Shown one piece after another: positions 37,463 through 46,905 of a stretch of 64,000 nucleotides of DNA; the stretch's first letter is position 1; the number at the start of each line of letters is the position of its first letter. The notes beneath the pieces are model-generated. The model worked only from the letters and a program-made list of their open reading frames with translations. It was not told the origin of the DNA and searched no databases. The position numbers and the translations under genes were made by a program. Origin of the DNA: Myxococcota bacterium. Lineage in GTDB: Bacteria; Myxococcota_A; UBA9160; SZUA-336. The stretch spans positions 2,560,001-2,624,000 of the forward strand of contig CBDFGR010000003.1 in the NCBI GenBank assembly GCA_965247115.1, in the 5' to 3' direction.

Positions 37463-38999
37463 GCCTCTCTCCTGGCAGCAGCCGCAGAGCCGTGGAGCCG
37501 CCCTCGCCCTCGTTGCCGCCCTCGCCGGCCCCGACCGCACCGGCCCGCGCTTGGCCATCCAGGTCACCGGACGGGTCGCTATCCAATACGAGACCGAGCT
37601 CGCGGGCCCGCTCGTTGTCCGCCGCGATCTGGCGGTCGAGCTCCTCAACGTCGAGTCCCAGCTTCGCGGCCTCGAGGCTCCGGCTCGACAGGCCAGCCCG
37701 GATCCGCCGGACCGCAGCCTTGATGTCCTTCTCGGGCTCCACGTACTCCCAGCCCGGCGGCTGCCACTGTGCGCGCAGCAGCCGACCCATGTTCGCGCGC
37801 TCCTCCGCTGGGACCTGAACGCGCCCTGAGAGCACCGCGGCCGGCAACCACCAGCGCCAGACGCGTCGACAGAGCTGGAAGACCATGGCGTTGCGCTGGA
37901 TCTGCTCCATGCGGCGGCGCACCTCGAGCAACCCAGCTCGGATGCTCGAGAAGTTCACCTTCGAGAGGTCGCCCGAGAGCTGCTCGTACGTGATGCCTAG
38001 GCCAATCGCGACCGATTGGAGCTGCACACGCATGAAGGCTTCGTACGACCCCCCCACATCGGCCGGCTCGGCGAACTTGATCTCCTCGCCAGGTCCGAGT
38101 TCTTGCACTGTCGCCGGCTCCAGTGACGCGAGCGGGATGTTCTCATCGTCCTCCCCTTGAGAGCCCGTACCCAAGGGGTCTGAATCGGAGGCCGGTTTGG
38201 TCACGAACGCCGCAAACATCGCGGCGATCTTCTTGCGCACGACCTCCGCGTCGTCGTACTGATCGAGCTCGTAGAGCTTGACCAGCACAGAGGCGAATCC
38301 CGGGATCTCTCGAAGCTGACCAGCTCACGTCACACGGAAGAGATGGATCACGCGGTCGGCGGGAACGATGACCTTGCGTTGCTGCCGGAGGTTGAACTCG
38401 CCCGGATGCTCGCGCCAGAAGTGATAGGCCTGCCGCCGACCGACCGCGTCGAACTCGATCCCAGCCTGAATCCGGCGACCGCCCGGAAGCGGGCGGAACA
38501 TCGCCGAGTCGAGGTGATCCCCCTCGAGCATCTGAAGCTGCATCGGGACGGACAAGCCATCCGAGCGTCGGCGTGGACGCTGTCGAATGAAGACCTCACC
38601 GGCCTCCTTCATCTCCCGACAAGCAAGCGCCTGCAGCCCGTAGAAGTCGCAGCACCCATCTGCGTCCGCTTCCTCAATCCACTCTGACCAGGCATCGAGG
38701 ATCTGAGCCCGGAGCTCCTCGCTTCCCGTGACGGGCTTGGGACGGATGCCGTTTCCGACGACATTCGCGACGAACGACTCGAGCGCAGCTTCCGCCCAAG
38801 GCGACGATCGCACCGCGTCGCGCGACCGAGCCCGAAGTGTCTCGAGCTGGCCGACGATCAGGGCGTTGACGTGCGCAGTGCTCGGTGCCCAGCCCTTCGC
38901 CCGACGACCGAGACCGGCCGCGGGCCAACCCGTCATGGTCGCTTTTGGCTTCGACTTCGGGCTGGCCTTCGAACCGAAAAGGCGTTGCCAGAGTTCCAT
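37440..38999 (-). pseudogene. Lambda-family portal protein interrupted by an in-frame TGA at 38325-38327
   Basis: Both track ORFs are in the same frame: IHLFRVT*AGQLREIPGFASVLVKL; LRARSRD, YEQLSGDLSKVNFSSIRAG. Confidence 0.92.
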
Positions 39000-39209
39000 T
39001 CACCAGCCCTTCCGCGTGAACATCCGCACCTGTTTCGGAACCGGCGTCGCCTCGGCGGCTGCATCAAGCGCGCGCTTGATGACGGCGCGCACGTGGAGCT
39101 GCTCCTCGGGGGACCGGTATGTAACGCTCCTGTCGTCGTACTGGACGGTCCGCTCTCCCGACGCGATCGCGGCATCGAGTGCATCGAGATCGGTTTGCGT
39201 CCAGGCCAT
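39000..39209 (-). CDS. Head-tail joining protein (gpW-like)
   Basis: LDALDAAIASGERTVQYDDRSVTYRS. Confidence 0.88.
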   Translation of the reverse strand: MAWTQTDLDALDAAIASGERTVQYDDRSVTYRSPEEQLHVRAVIKRALDAAAEATPVPKQVRMFTRKGW

Positions 39210-39219
39210 CGCGACCCCC

Positions 39220-41226
39220 TCAACGGTTCAGCCAGCTACTCGAGTTCTTCCGGCGCCCGCGCTTCGTCTTCGCCGGCGAGTGCGCCGCGTCGGCTTTGGT
39301 CGCGAGCTCGATCAGGGCCTCGACTCGGTTCGCCTCCGCTTCGAGGTCGAGACCCATCGACTTCAAGCCTTCAAGTCCGGCCATTGCATAGACCGCGGTG
39401 TCGAGTGCCTCGTTCCGCCGACCTGGGCTCTTCAGCTCCCATGCACGACTCGGGAAACCACGCTTGTCGTGGACCTCATGAGCCTGCTCCGCCGTGAGTT
39501 GCTCGTAGTACTCCGCCGGCAGCCAGCTCGGAAAATGGATATACCCCGGGCCGGGCTCGACGTTCTTCTGGAGGGAGCGGTGGATCGCTTCCTTCGCCGC
39601 ATCGACCCTGAGAGTGAACAGGGGGATCTTCCCCTTGTTGTTCATGTTCGGCTTCTTCGGCCAGAGATCGCCAGCCCCCGCAGAGCCCTTCACCGCGAAG
39701 ACGTAGGCGCGACGCCCATCGGGAGTCGGCACGCGAAACCGCGGCCGACAGAAGTCATACGCTCTCAGCGTGTGATGGCCTGTATCGACGCACGTCGCGC
39801 GGATGTAGTCGACGCCACCCCGCTCGAGTCTCCGAGGCCTACAGATCAGCTCCCAGAGCTCGTCCCAGATAGCCTTCGCGGACGGGTCGCCCGGCAGGAC
39901 GTGGTATTCGAGCTTCCAGTTCTCCTCGCCGCGGCCCCAGGCCTCCACCTGACACTCGATGCGATCGTCCTGAACGTCGACGCCTGCCGTGAGTACCGCC
40001 GCAGCGCGGGGAACCACCTGCTGACCTTCCTGCTCCGGGTATTCTTCGCTGCGCTCGCGGATCCGATCCTTGTCGAGGCTGTGGTACTTCTCTTCCCACC
40101 ACTCCGCGAGTACCGTGTTGATGAACACCTTCAGGAGCGGCGTGTTCCCCTGAGCCGCGAGCCATTGCTTCACTAGCGCCTGGAGGTTCCGCCGTTCCCA
40201 CGGCGAGTAGAGCGCCGATAGGTGGAAGCCTGCCGTGCCCTTGAACTCTGCCGTCGCCCGCCACTCTCCCTGACTGACCGCGCCCCAGCGGTCGACGTCA
40301 TCCCAGGCCGAGCCGCAACGCTTGCAGGCGTAGATCGCGCTCTCCGGCACGTGCGCGCCGGACTCGCTCTTATCCCAGTGGACCTGATCCCAGATGAGTG
40401 TCTGAAACTCTCCGCAGTCCGGACACGGCACGAAGTACCGCCGCTGATCGCTTTCGTTCCAGGCGACCTCGAGGCGGCTGATCCCCGCAGTCCCAGGGCT
40501 GGAGATCAGCACGACCAGAGCATTCCAAAACGTTGAGGTCCGGGTCGTTGCCAGCTGAACGGGATCGCCCTCAGTCCCAGCGCTCGGCGGATACCGATCG
40601 ACCTCGTCCGCGATCACGATCCGGATCGGGCGGCTCGAAAGATCCGCCGCGGAGTTCGCCCCGGCGAGCGTCAAGTGTCCGCCCGGGAAGGACTTGTGCA
40701 GCAGCGTGTTGTCAGAGTCGCGGGTTCGCGCGTCGCGGATCTTCGCGCGCAACGCCGGCGTGTCCCGGCGCATCGGCGCGATGCGATCCTTGGAGATGGT
40801 CTTCGCCATGTCCAGCGTCGGCTCGAGGAAGAGCATCGGCGCCGGGTCGTAGTCGATATGGAAGCCGATCAGATTGAGGACGGCTTCGGTCTTCGCGGCT
40901 TGCGAGGCGAACACACCAACGACCTGGTCGACGTCCGGCTCCGTGAATGCATCCATGAGACCGGCCAAATACGGTACGCGGCTCGTCCGCCACTGACCCG
41001 GTTCAGCGCTTGCCTCCGGACTGAGAACCCTCTTTCGATCCGCCCACTCTCGGACGCCGATTCGCGGCGGCGGACGCATCGTCCCCAGCGCCACTCCGAG
41101 CAGCTCGCGGGCGCCGCTTCGGTTCTTTGTCCGTGAGCGCAGTCCCCGCAGAAGCGAGGTCTTGGAGCGCGCTGTCGATCTGGTTCCGGAGGACCTCCTC
41201 GATCTGCCGGGTCGTTTTGAGGGCAC
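39220..41226 (-). CDS. Terminase large subunit (lambda gpA family); true start may be ~41.08-41.15 kb
   Basis: SQAAKTE (Walker A-like), DEVDRYP, VPCPDCG, GVDVQDDR, RNEALD. Confidence 0.95.
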   Translation of the reverse strand: MPSKRPGRSRRSSGTRSTARSKTSLLRGLRSRTKNRSGARELLGVALGTMRPPPRIGVREWADRKRVLSPEASAEPGQWRTSRVPYLAGLMDAFTEPDVDQVVGVFASQAAKTEAVLNLIGFHIDYDPAPMLFLEPTLDMAKTISKDRIAPMRRDTPALRAKIRDARTRDSDNTLLHKSFPGGHLTLAGANSAADLSSRPIRIVIADEVDRYPPSAGTEGDPVQLATTRTSTFWNALVVLISSPGTAGISRLEVAWNESDQRRYFVPCPDCGEFQTLIWDQVHWDKSESGAHVPESAIYACKRCGSAWDDVDRWGAVSQGEWRATAEFKGTAGFHLSALYSPWERRNLQALVKQWLAAQGNTPLLKVFINTVLAEWWEEKYHSLDKDRIRERSEEYPEQEGQQVVPRAAAVLTAGVDVQDDRIECQVEAWGRGEENWKLEYHVLPGDPSAKAIWDELWELICRPRRLERGGVDYIRATCVDTGHHTLRAYDFCRPRFRVPTPDGRRAYVFAVKGSAGAGDLWPKKPNMNNKGKIPLFTLRVDAAKEAIHRSLQKNVEPGPGYIHFPSWLPAEYYEQLTAEQAHEVHDKRGFPSRAWELKSPGRRNEALDTAVYAMAGLEGLKSMGLDLEAEANRVEALIELATKADAAHSPAKTKRGRRKNSSSWLNR

Positions 41227-41602
41227 GGACTAGCGGCGCCGTCGTTGTCGGGACCGTTCGGAGCCGCGTCGTGATCGTCGAAGCCAGCTCGACCAGGGCG
41301 AGCTCAGAGTCTGCCCGATCGACCAGCTCCTCCTTCCTGACACGGAGCGTGAGTTCCGCGAGTTCCGCGTTCGCCCGTTCGCGCCGGGTACGCTCGACAT
41401 CGTATTCATCGCTCCGTTCGGCCTGCCGCCTCTCGATCTGCTTCTGGAGCCAGGCCACGTAACCCTGGACGCAGGCGATCAGGTCGTACTGGCCACGCGC
41501 GGCTTTCGGGATGATCTCTTCACGCGCGAGCTGCTGAACGCGCCGCTCCCCCAACATGAGGACCCGGGCGATCACGCTCACCCCGTAGGTGTTGCCGGCC
41601 AT
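41003..41602 (-). CDS. Terminase small subunit (Nu1-like)
   Basis: wHTH IARVLMLGERRVQQL...GQYDL...Y; coiled coil ERTR...AELAEL. Confidence 0.85.
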   Translation of the reverse strand: MAGNTYGVSVIARVLMLGERRVQQLAREEIIPKAARGQYDLIACVQGYVAWLQKQIERRQAERSDEYDVERTRRERANAELAELTLRVRKEELVDRADSELALVELASTITTRLRTVPTTTAPLVRALKTTRQIEEVLRNQIDSALQDLASAGTALTDKEPKRRPRAARSGAGDDASAAANRRPRVGGSKEGSQSGGKR

Positions 41603-41714
41603 CGGTTCTCTACGGTCCGCGCGCTTCTGACGACCACCGATGGTTTCGACCTTCATCCCCGGCACTCTCCAAACCGAAACGAAACGGCCTCAGAATCTTC
41701 GCTCTCGCTAGATC

Positions 41715-41763
41715 TACCGCGCGCTGCGCGTTACCCGCAGGCGAGCATCGCCAGAAAGGACCC
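41715..41763 (-). promoter_or_regulatory. Putative cos site (cosQ GGGTCCT at 41757-41763; cosN expected just downstream)
   Basis: GGGTCCTTTCTGGCGATGC resembles lambda GGGTCCTTTCCGGTGATCC; ~155 bp upstream of terS. Confidence 0.7.
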
Positions 41764-42006
41764 AAAATCCGCTACTTACAAAGGATGCACGCGTAGACCG
41801 ACGGGCCGGCGGTGGATCCCCCCTCTGCCGGATGGAAATGGGAGACGCATGAACAAGGAGAACACCGTCTGGCCATTCGTATAAACTGAGGCCCCCTCAA
41901 CTTGGTACGGGTACACCTTCACCTACCAGGCCCAGTACAGACGTCTCTCATCTTTTCCTTCCCCTACCGCGCTGATCCTCGCGCGGTCGTTGCTGTTTCC
42001 GCGTTC

Positions 42007-42113
42007 CATGACGCCATGACGCCCATGACGCGTACCCTGTAGAGTTTCCCCACACGAGGGTTTGTTAAGGGAAAGTGTGCAGAACTGACGTCATGCTCCG
42101 TCATGGCGTCATG
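42007..42113. repeat. Inverted iteron array: CATGACG x3 - 58-bp spacer - CGTCATG x3 (origin-like)
   Basis: Copies at 42007, 42015, 42024 and 42089, 42099, 42107. Confidence 0.85.
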
Positions 42114-42277
42114 CCGGACTCAGCTAGCAGCCCAATTCCCTGCCAGTACGGGCGGTAGTAGACAGCATCGCCATGGTCCAAGCCATCTCTCCGACCGGCG
42201 TCGCGAAGGCCTCAAGCTACCTGTTGCGACGATGCCGAAAACCTAGGGATTCTGGTCGGACATTGCCACGGTGCGGT

Positions 42278-42346
42278 GTACCAACAAGTACCAACAAGTA
42301 CCAACGATCGCGCGATTTGTGGGGATTTGTTGGTACTTGTTGGTAC
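42278..42346. repeat. Inverted array of 10-bp repeats: GTACCAACAA x3 / TTGTTGGTAC x2 (+1 degenerate)
   Basis: 42278, 42288, 42298 (partial); 42317 (degenerate), 42327, 42337. Confidence 0.9.
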
Positions 42347-42362
42347 AGATTCCCTGTGGAAC

Positions 42363-42548
42363 TCAATCTCCCCTTTGGTATCGCTCAAGATCGCTCTCGC
42401 GGATGTAGTAACGAGGCTTCCCGTTGGGCCCATACTCCATCCTGCAAGAGAGGACTCCCCGCGTGATCCGGCGGCGAATCGTACGGGAGTTGCAGCGGAG
42501 AATCCGAGCTGCCTGGCTCGGTGTGTACTCGCGCTCAGGCTCGGACAC
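42363..42548 (-). CDS. Xis/MerR-like helix-turn-helix protein
   Basis: YTPSQAARILRCNSRTIRRRITRG...YYIRESDL; GTG start with SD. Confidence 0.8.
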   Translation of the reverse strand: MSEPEREYTPSQAARILRCNSRTIRRRITRGVLSCRMEYGPNGKPRYYIRESDLERYQRGD

Positions 42549-43107
42549 GCTCCGCCCTTCGGACCCAGCAGCCGGCATGCTCGAGCCGTCTGGTAAACGC
42601 TCGGCGTCCATCCCTTGCGAGTTCGACGATGCGCTCGTGATACCAGCTGAACGGCGCCCGAGGCCAGAGATCCGGTGCGTCCTGCTCGAGCTCGCGCGTC
42701 GTCACGCCCAGCGCGTGGGGAAAGTAGATGCGCGCCGGCCAGCGCGTCCTCTGTGAGCCGTACATCCGGGCAATGATTCCGTCCACTTGTGCCAGAGGTC
42801 CGTATCGCTCGAGGAACTCCACGAGGTGGTCGTCGCTCGGAATACGACCCCCTCGGCGCCGGCGCTTCTGCTCTATCACGCGGAGCCGGTACGTGTCCTG
42901 GTAGCTCCACGCGCGACCGCAGCCACCACACACCTCCGTCGGCTCGACGACTCCCTTCGTCTTCGTCATCCGGAGCGTGTACCCGCAGTTCGTGCAGGAA
43001 GAGTCGTAGATGCGGCCGTGCTGGACGATGGAGCACTGGCCGGGCGCACCGAGCTCGGTCGCTCGAGCGGCGTACCAGCGTACCCAACCATCGGCCGTCA
43101 GCGTCAC
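42535..43107 (-). CDS. Zn-finger protein; candidate late-gene regulator
   Basis: CTNCG...CGGCG; occupies the position of Q-like genes. Confidence 0.5.
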   Translation of the reverse strand: MTLTADGWVRWYAARATELGAPGQCSIVQHGRIYDSSCTNCGYTLRMTKTKGVVEPTEVCGGCGRAWSYQDTYRLRVIEQKRRRRGGRIPSDDHLVEFLERYGPLAQVDGIIARMYGSQRTRWPARIYFPHALGVTTRELEQDAPDLWPRAPFSWYHERIVELARDGRRAFTRRLEHAGCWVRRAERVRA

Positions 43108-43162
43108 TTCGGCGTTGCGTTCTTGACGAGGAAGTCGACCAGCATGGGTGTCCGCGACTGGA

Positions 43163-43621
43163 TCACTGATTCTCCTTCGTCTCCGCGTACGTGACGGCGA
43201 TCGCGAGCGCGCTCCAGATGTCGGCCTTGATTCCGTGAAGCGGACCCGGCTTCGCTTTCTTGCCGATCGCCTTCTCCGTACCGCCGAACTTGTCGATCAG
43301 GGCCTGGCGGATGTTGGAGTCCTTCGCTCTCTGCGAGTTGCAGAGATGCGCCTTCACTTCACGCCGATAGACGAGCGCGTGTCGGTCTGGCTCCTTCGCC
43401 TGCATGAACCGTCCGATCCAGAGCACGGTCTCGAACACCTCTCGTCCGACAGGCATTCCGTAGCTCGCGATCATTTCGATGGCGAGCAAGTACGCCAGCG
43501 TGGAGTTCTTGATGATCTCTACGATGTACTCGTTCCTGTCGATCCCGAACTGGACCGGCTCGCCCTTCTCAAAGGTGAGCCACGCGCTCTGGATCGTGCC
43601 TGGATCGATTGCGAGGATCAC
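43163..43621 (-). CDS. RuvC-like Holliday junction resolvase
   Basis: ILAIDPG, AIE, DIWSALAIA. Confidence 0.8.
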   Translation of the reverse strand: MILAIDPGTIQSAWLTFEKGEPVQFGIDRNEYIVEIIKNSTLAYLLAIEMIASYGMPVGREVFETVLWIGRFMQAKEPDRHALVYRREVKAHLCNSQRAKDSNIRQALIDKFGGTEKAIGKKAKPGPLHGIKADIWSALAIAVTYAETKENQ

Positions 43622-43629
43622 GGTTCGGG

Positions 43630-44998
43630 CTAGCTCCCCGGTATCTTCGGCGTCTCCATGATCCCGAACGCCTGGAGCGTGGTGATGAGATCCGTCTCTG
43701 CGGCCTTCGCGCCCTGTGCCGCGCGCTTCTCCTCTTGGACGGTGCCGAAGAGACGCGTAGCAGCAGCCGAGACCTTCTGCACTTGCACCTTCAGAGCCGC
43801 GTTTTCCGTCTCGAGCTGCTTGATCCTCTTCTTCAGCTCCTGGTCAGAGCTTCCCTTCTTTCGCGACGCCTCACCCATCAGCGTCGCCCGTCTCGGTGAC
43901 CGTCACGTCGACGCTCGTTCCGATCTTCAGCTTGGCGATAGTGGCGACGACCAGCTGACACACGTGGCCGCTCGAGTTTCGCAGCGAGACCCGCCACTTC
44001 AGGCCGCCCCCTTCGAGGCTCTGCGCAATCTCGGAGACCTGGAAAGCTTCCCTGAACACCTCCATCTACTCATCTCCTTTCCGTTTGGGGATTACACACG
44101 ATAGGCCCAAGCTCGAACAACGCGCACGCGCCGATCCAGAGAGTGAGGAGCAACAGCGAGGCGGAGACTCCAGGTAACGCTCCCCCCCAGTCAGCGTGAA
44201 CCCCCGGAGAGTTCCTCTTCGCTGCCCTCCTCACGAGACTCATAACGCATGATCCGGACCGTTCGTGTCGGTCCGATCGTGAATGCCGATCACATCGGCG
44301 CCGCGGTTGTCGCTCTTCGAGTCCACGAAGGCCTCGAGGTTGTCGCACAGGCGCTCGAGGGCGTTGACCAGAGGGATCGCGATCTTGCCGATTTGATTGA
44401 CGATCGCCAGCACGACGACCGTGGTGCACAGCATGATCACTCCGAGGATGATCACAGCTTGACCCTCCAGCGGAGATCTCCGCTGCCCTCCACGCGTACG
44501 ATGAGCTGCTCTCGTGGATGCTGGAAGAGGCCGAGCTGGTCCACGGCTACAGCAGCTCCTGGATCTCGGCAAGGTCCCGGCGACCCTTTGCGAGAAGCTG
44601 CTCGCACCGGCCCAGCAGACGCTCCAAGCGAGAGACGGCCGCCTCGCACGGTCGAGGCTCCCTCTGATGCTCCTTCCAGGACCTCTGGCAGCTCATGCAC
44701 CACATGGTCTCTCCAAAGCTGTGTCCGTTCGCCAGGAAGTCCCCCTTCCGTTTCCGCACATCTCGCGCGTGCTTCACAGCCCTACCCCCTCCCGTGTCCA
44801 TCAATGCACCGCTCGCTCGGCATCCGGCCGGAGATCCTTCGACAGCACCTCGACCCTCTCGGCACAATGGATGCCGTAGAGCACCGAGTACACGCGCAGC
44901 CGGTCCAGATCTGCCCTGCCGTTGCCCTTGTTCTTGAAGTAGCCGCCGTTCTGGCCAACGGAGGGGAACTCGACGAAATGGTGGACGTGATCCGGCAT
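43630..44998 (-). other. Cluster of small hypothetical phage genes (e.g. 43630-43878, 43871-44065, 44240-44455, 44801-44998)
   Basis: Short coupled ORFs with SD sequences; no recognisable motifs. Confidence 0.55.
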
Positions 44999-45006
44999 CC
45001 GGACTC

Positions 45007-45259
45007 CTAGACCAGCTCCAGCTGGTTGTTCCGCCAGCGCGCCCTGAAGATCACGGGCTCTTCCGGAACGCGGGTCCGCGCGCTGAATGTGGATCTCCGG
45101 ATCCTCGTCCTCGCGTCCGGGCTTCACTGCAATCGTGATGGAGCAGAACGCTTGCCGTTGGTGCCGCCGCGCTGCGGTCTCCAATTGCGCGAAGTGCTTG
45201 AACACGATCTGCTGAACCTTCGTTCCCATCTTCTCGAGTCGTCCGGCCGTCGCGGCCAT
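45007..45259 (-). pseudogene. Small phage gene with a +1 frameshift at ~45091
   Basis: Removing one base gives ...DPEITFSARTRVPEEPVIFRARWRNNQLELV*. Confidence 0.6.
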
Positions 45260-45277
45260 CGTCGGTGTGCTGCGCCC

Positions 45278-45589
45278 TCATGACTCGTCCTCCTCCTCGA
45301 GCTTCGCGCCCTGGAACAGCGCGAGCTGCCGCCCGATGTGGTGGAGCTTGATTTCTACGTCGTCGATCGGCTTCGTCTCAAGTTGGATCGACACCTTTGG
45401 GAACTTGATCGTTACGCCAAGCTCACCTGTGTCCGGGTCCGTCTTGAAGATGCACTTCGGCTTGAACTCGGCGGCGGCCTTGCCGCCCTTGATCGAGTCC
45501 GAGATCAACGGAAGCTCGGGCAGGAGCTTCGTGTAGATCTCCCCCGAGACCCTTACCGCGAGCTCCTCATGGTGTTTCTGTTGCACCAC
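45278..45589 (-). CDS. Phage hypothetical protein
   Basis: ORF with SD; ends QLALF plus an acidic tail. Confidence 0.6.
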   Translation of the reverse strand: MVQQKHHEELAVRVSGEIYTKLLPELPLISDSIKGGKAAAEFKPKCIFKTDPDTGELGVTIKFPKVSIQLETKPIDDVEIKLHHIGRQLALFQGAKLEEEDES

Positions 45590-46050
45590 TGCGCTCCTCC
45601 TTCTGTACCGAGCGGGTCGCCCGCTCGATGGCTTCCTCGTACTCGCGCTGGACGAGCCCGCGCGCGGACTTGCTTCGACAACCGAACAGGTTCTGCCGCG
45701 TGCGGTACACCTCAGAGGCGACCATCATCGGGACCTGGTCCATGTGCACATCGCACATGACGACGATGTGATTCCGTGGTGCTCGGTGGCAACCCGCTAC
45801 GCGACACACGCTCATAGCAGCCTCGGCTGGTGCGGATCGCTGGCTCGAGCTTCGTGGATTCGCTGCCGTCGTCGTTCCGTGAAGACGTGCTCTCCCAAGC
45901 GTGCGCCTTCGGCCTCGAGCGTACGCAGAGCGCTGTACAAGTCTCTGCGCAGCGTGCGCTCCAGGTCCGGACTCTCGATGAGGAACGTCACGATCTGCTC
46001 CTGCTCCTCCCAGCACTCCACCATTCGGGCCTCGAGCCTCTCCGCGGCGG

Positions 46051-46905
46051 TCATGCCTCCTCCTTCGCGGGGAAGAACCTGCTCGTTTGCCAGTCGCGCG
46101 TGAACGTGCCGAGCTTTCCGGCCGCGCCATCGCGATGCTTGATCAGGTCGAGCTCGCACTCGTCAGCCGCACCGTTCGGCTTCTTCCGGATCGTGAGGCC
46201 GACACTCGCTCGATACGCCGGGTTGCGGCCCTTGATCCCACCTGCGGCGTTGAGCTCGGAGCAGGCGATAAACCGGATGAAGCCGTGACTCTCCTGGACG
46301 AGCCAGTCCATCCACGCCACGAGGAAACGCAGGTTCTGGAACTCGTTCGCTTGCGGCTTCGACATAAGGTCGCTGATCGTGTTGAGCGAGTCGAGCACGA
46401 CCAGGATCCCAGTGTGCCCGGTCATGTAGCGCTGAAGGATCAGGTCGACGACATCCGAGAGGCGGTGTCCGAAGTGGGCCCTGGTCCAGAACCATGACGT
46501 GCCCGCGATCCTTGGGAACTCTTGCGCGAAGTTGTGGCCGTACCAGCGTCGGACGCGCTTCTGCACCAAGCCCGCGCCGTTCTCCGCGTCGACGACGATT
46601 GTGCAGATGTCCTGATGCGCAGCCTCGAGCGAGCTGGCCAAGGCGGCCCCGCTCTTGCCGGCTCCCCACTCGCCGCCAAGCACCGTCAGTCCCTGGAACC
46701 CGCCGTACTTCTCGTCGAACACAGCGATCCCGGAAGGCCAGCGGGGATACTCGGGGAGATCCTCGTCCGCCATCGGGCTGACCTCAAGCCGCCGTCGGAT
46801 CGATGGCAAGTCCTTCGCCTGCGCCAGCAGCCGCCGCGTTTGCTCCACCGCAGCAGCGGTCTGCTGGATCTGCTCCACGTGGAAGAGGTCTGTCCGTTCC
46901 GTCAT
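46051..46905 (-). CDS. DnaB/RecA-like P-loop helicase
   Basis: WPSGIAVFD..YGG, GEWGAGKS (Walker A), VVLDSLN (Walker B), SELN, KHRDG. Confidence 0.82.
   Translation of the reverse strand: MTERTDLFHVEQIQQTAAAVEQTRRLLAQAKDLPSIRRRLEVSPMADEDLPEYPRWPSGIAVFDEKYGGFQGLTVLGGEWGAGKSGAALASSLEAAHQDICTIVVDAENGAGLVQKRVRRWYGHNFAQEFPRIAGTSWFWTRAHFGHRLSDVVDLILQRYMTGHTGILVVLDSLNTISDLMSKPQANEFQNLRFLVAWMDWLVQESHGFIRFIACSELNAAGGIKGRNPAYRASVGLTIRKKPNGAADECELDLIKHRDGAAGKLGTFTRDWQTSRFFPAKEEA

Noticed and set aside
28230..38327. Stop-codon reassignment in the prophage
   Set aside because: Only one internal TGA and one TAG; both codons terminate many other phage genes normally, and there is no suppressor tRNA in the window.
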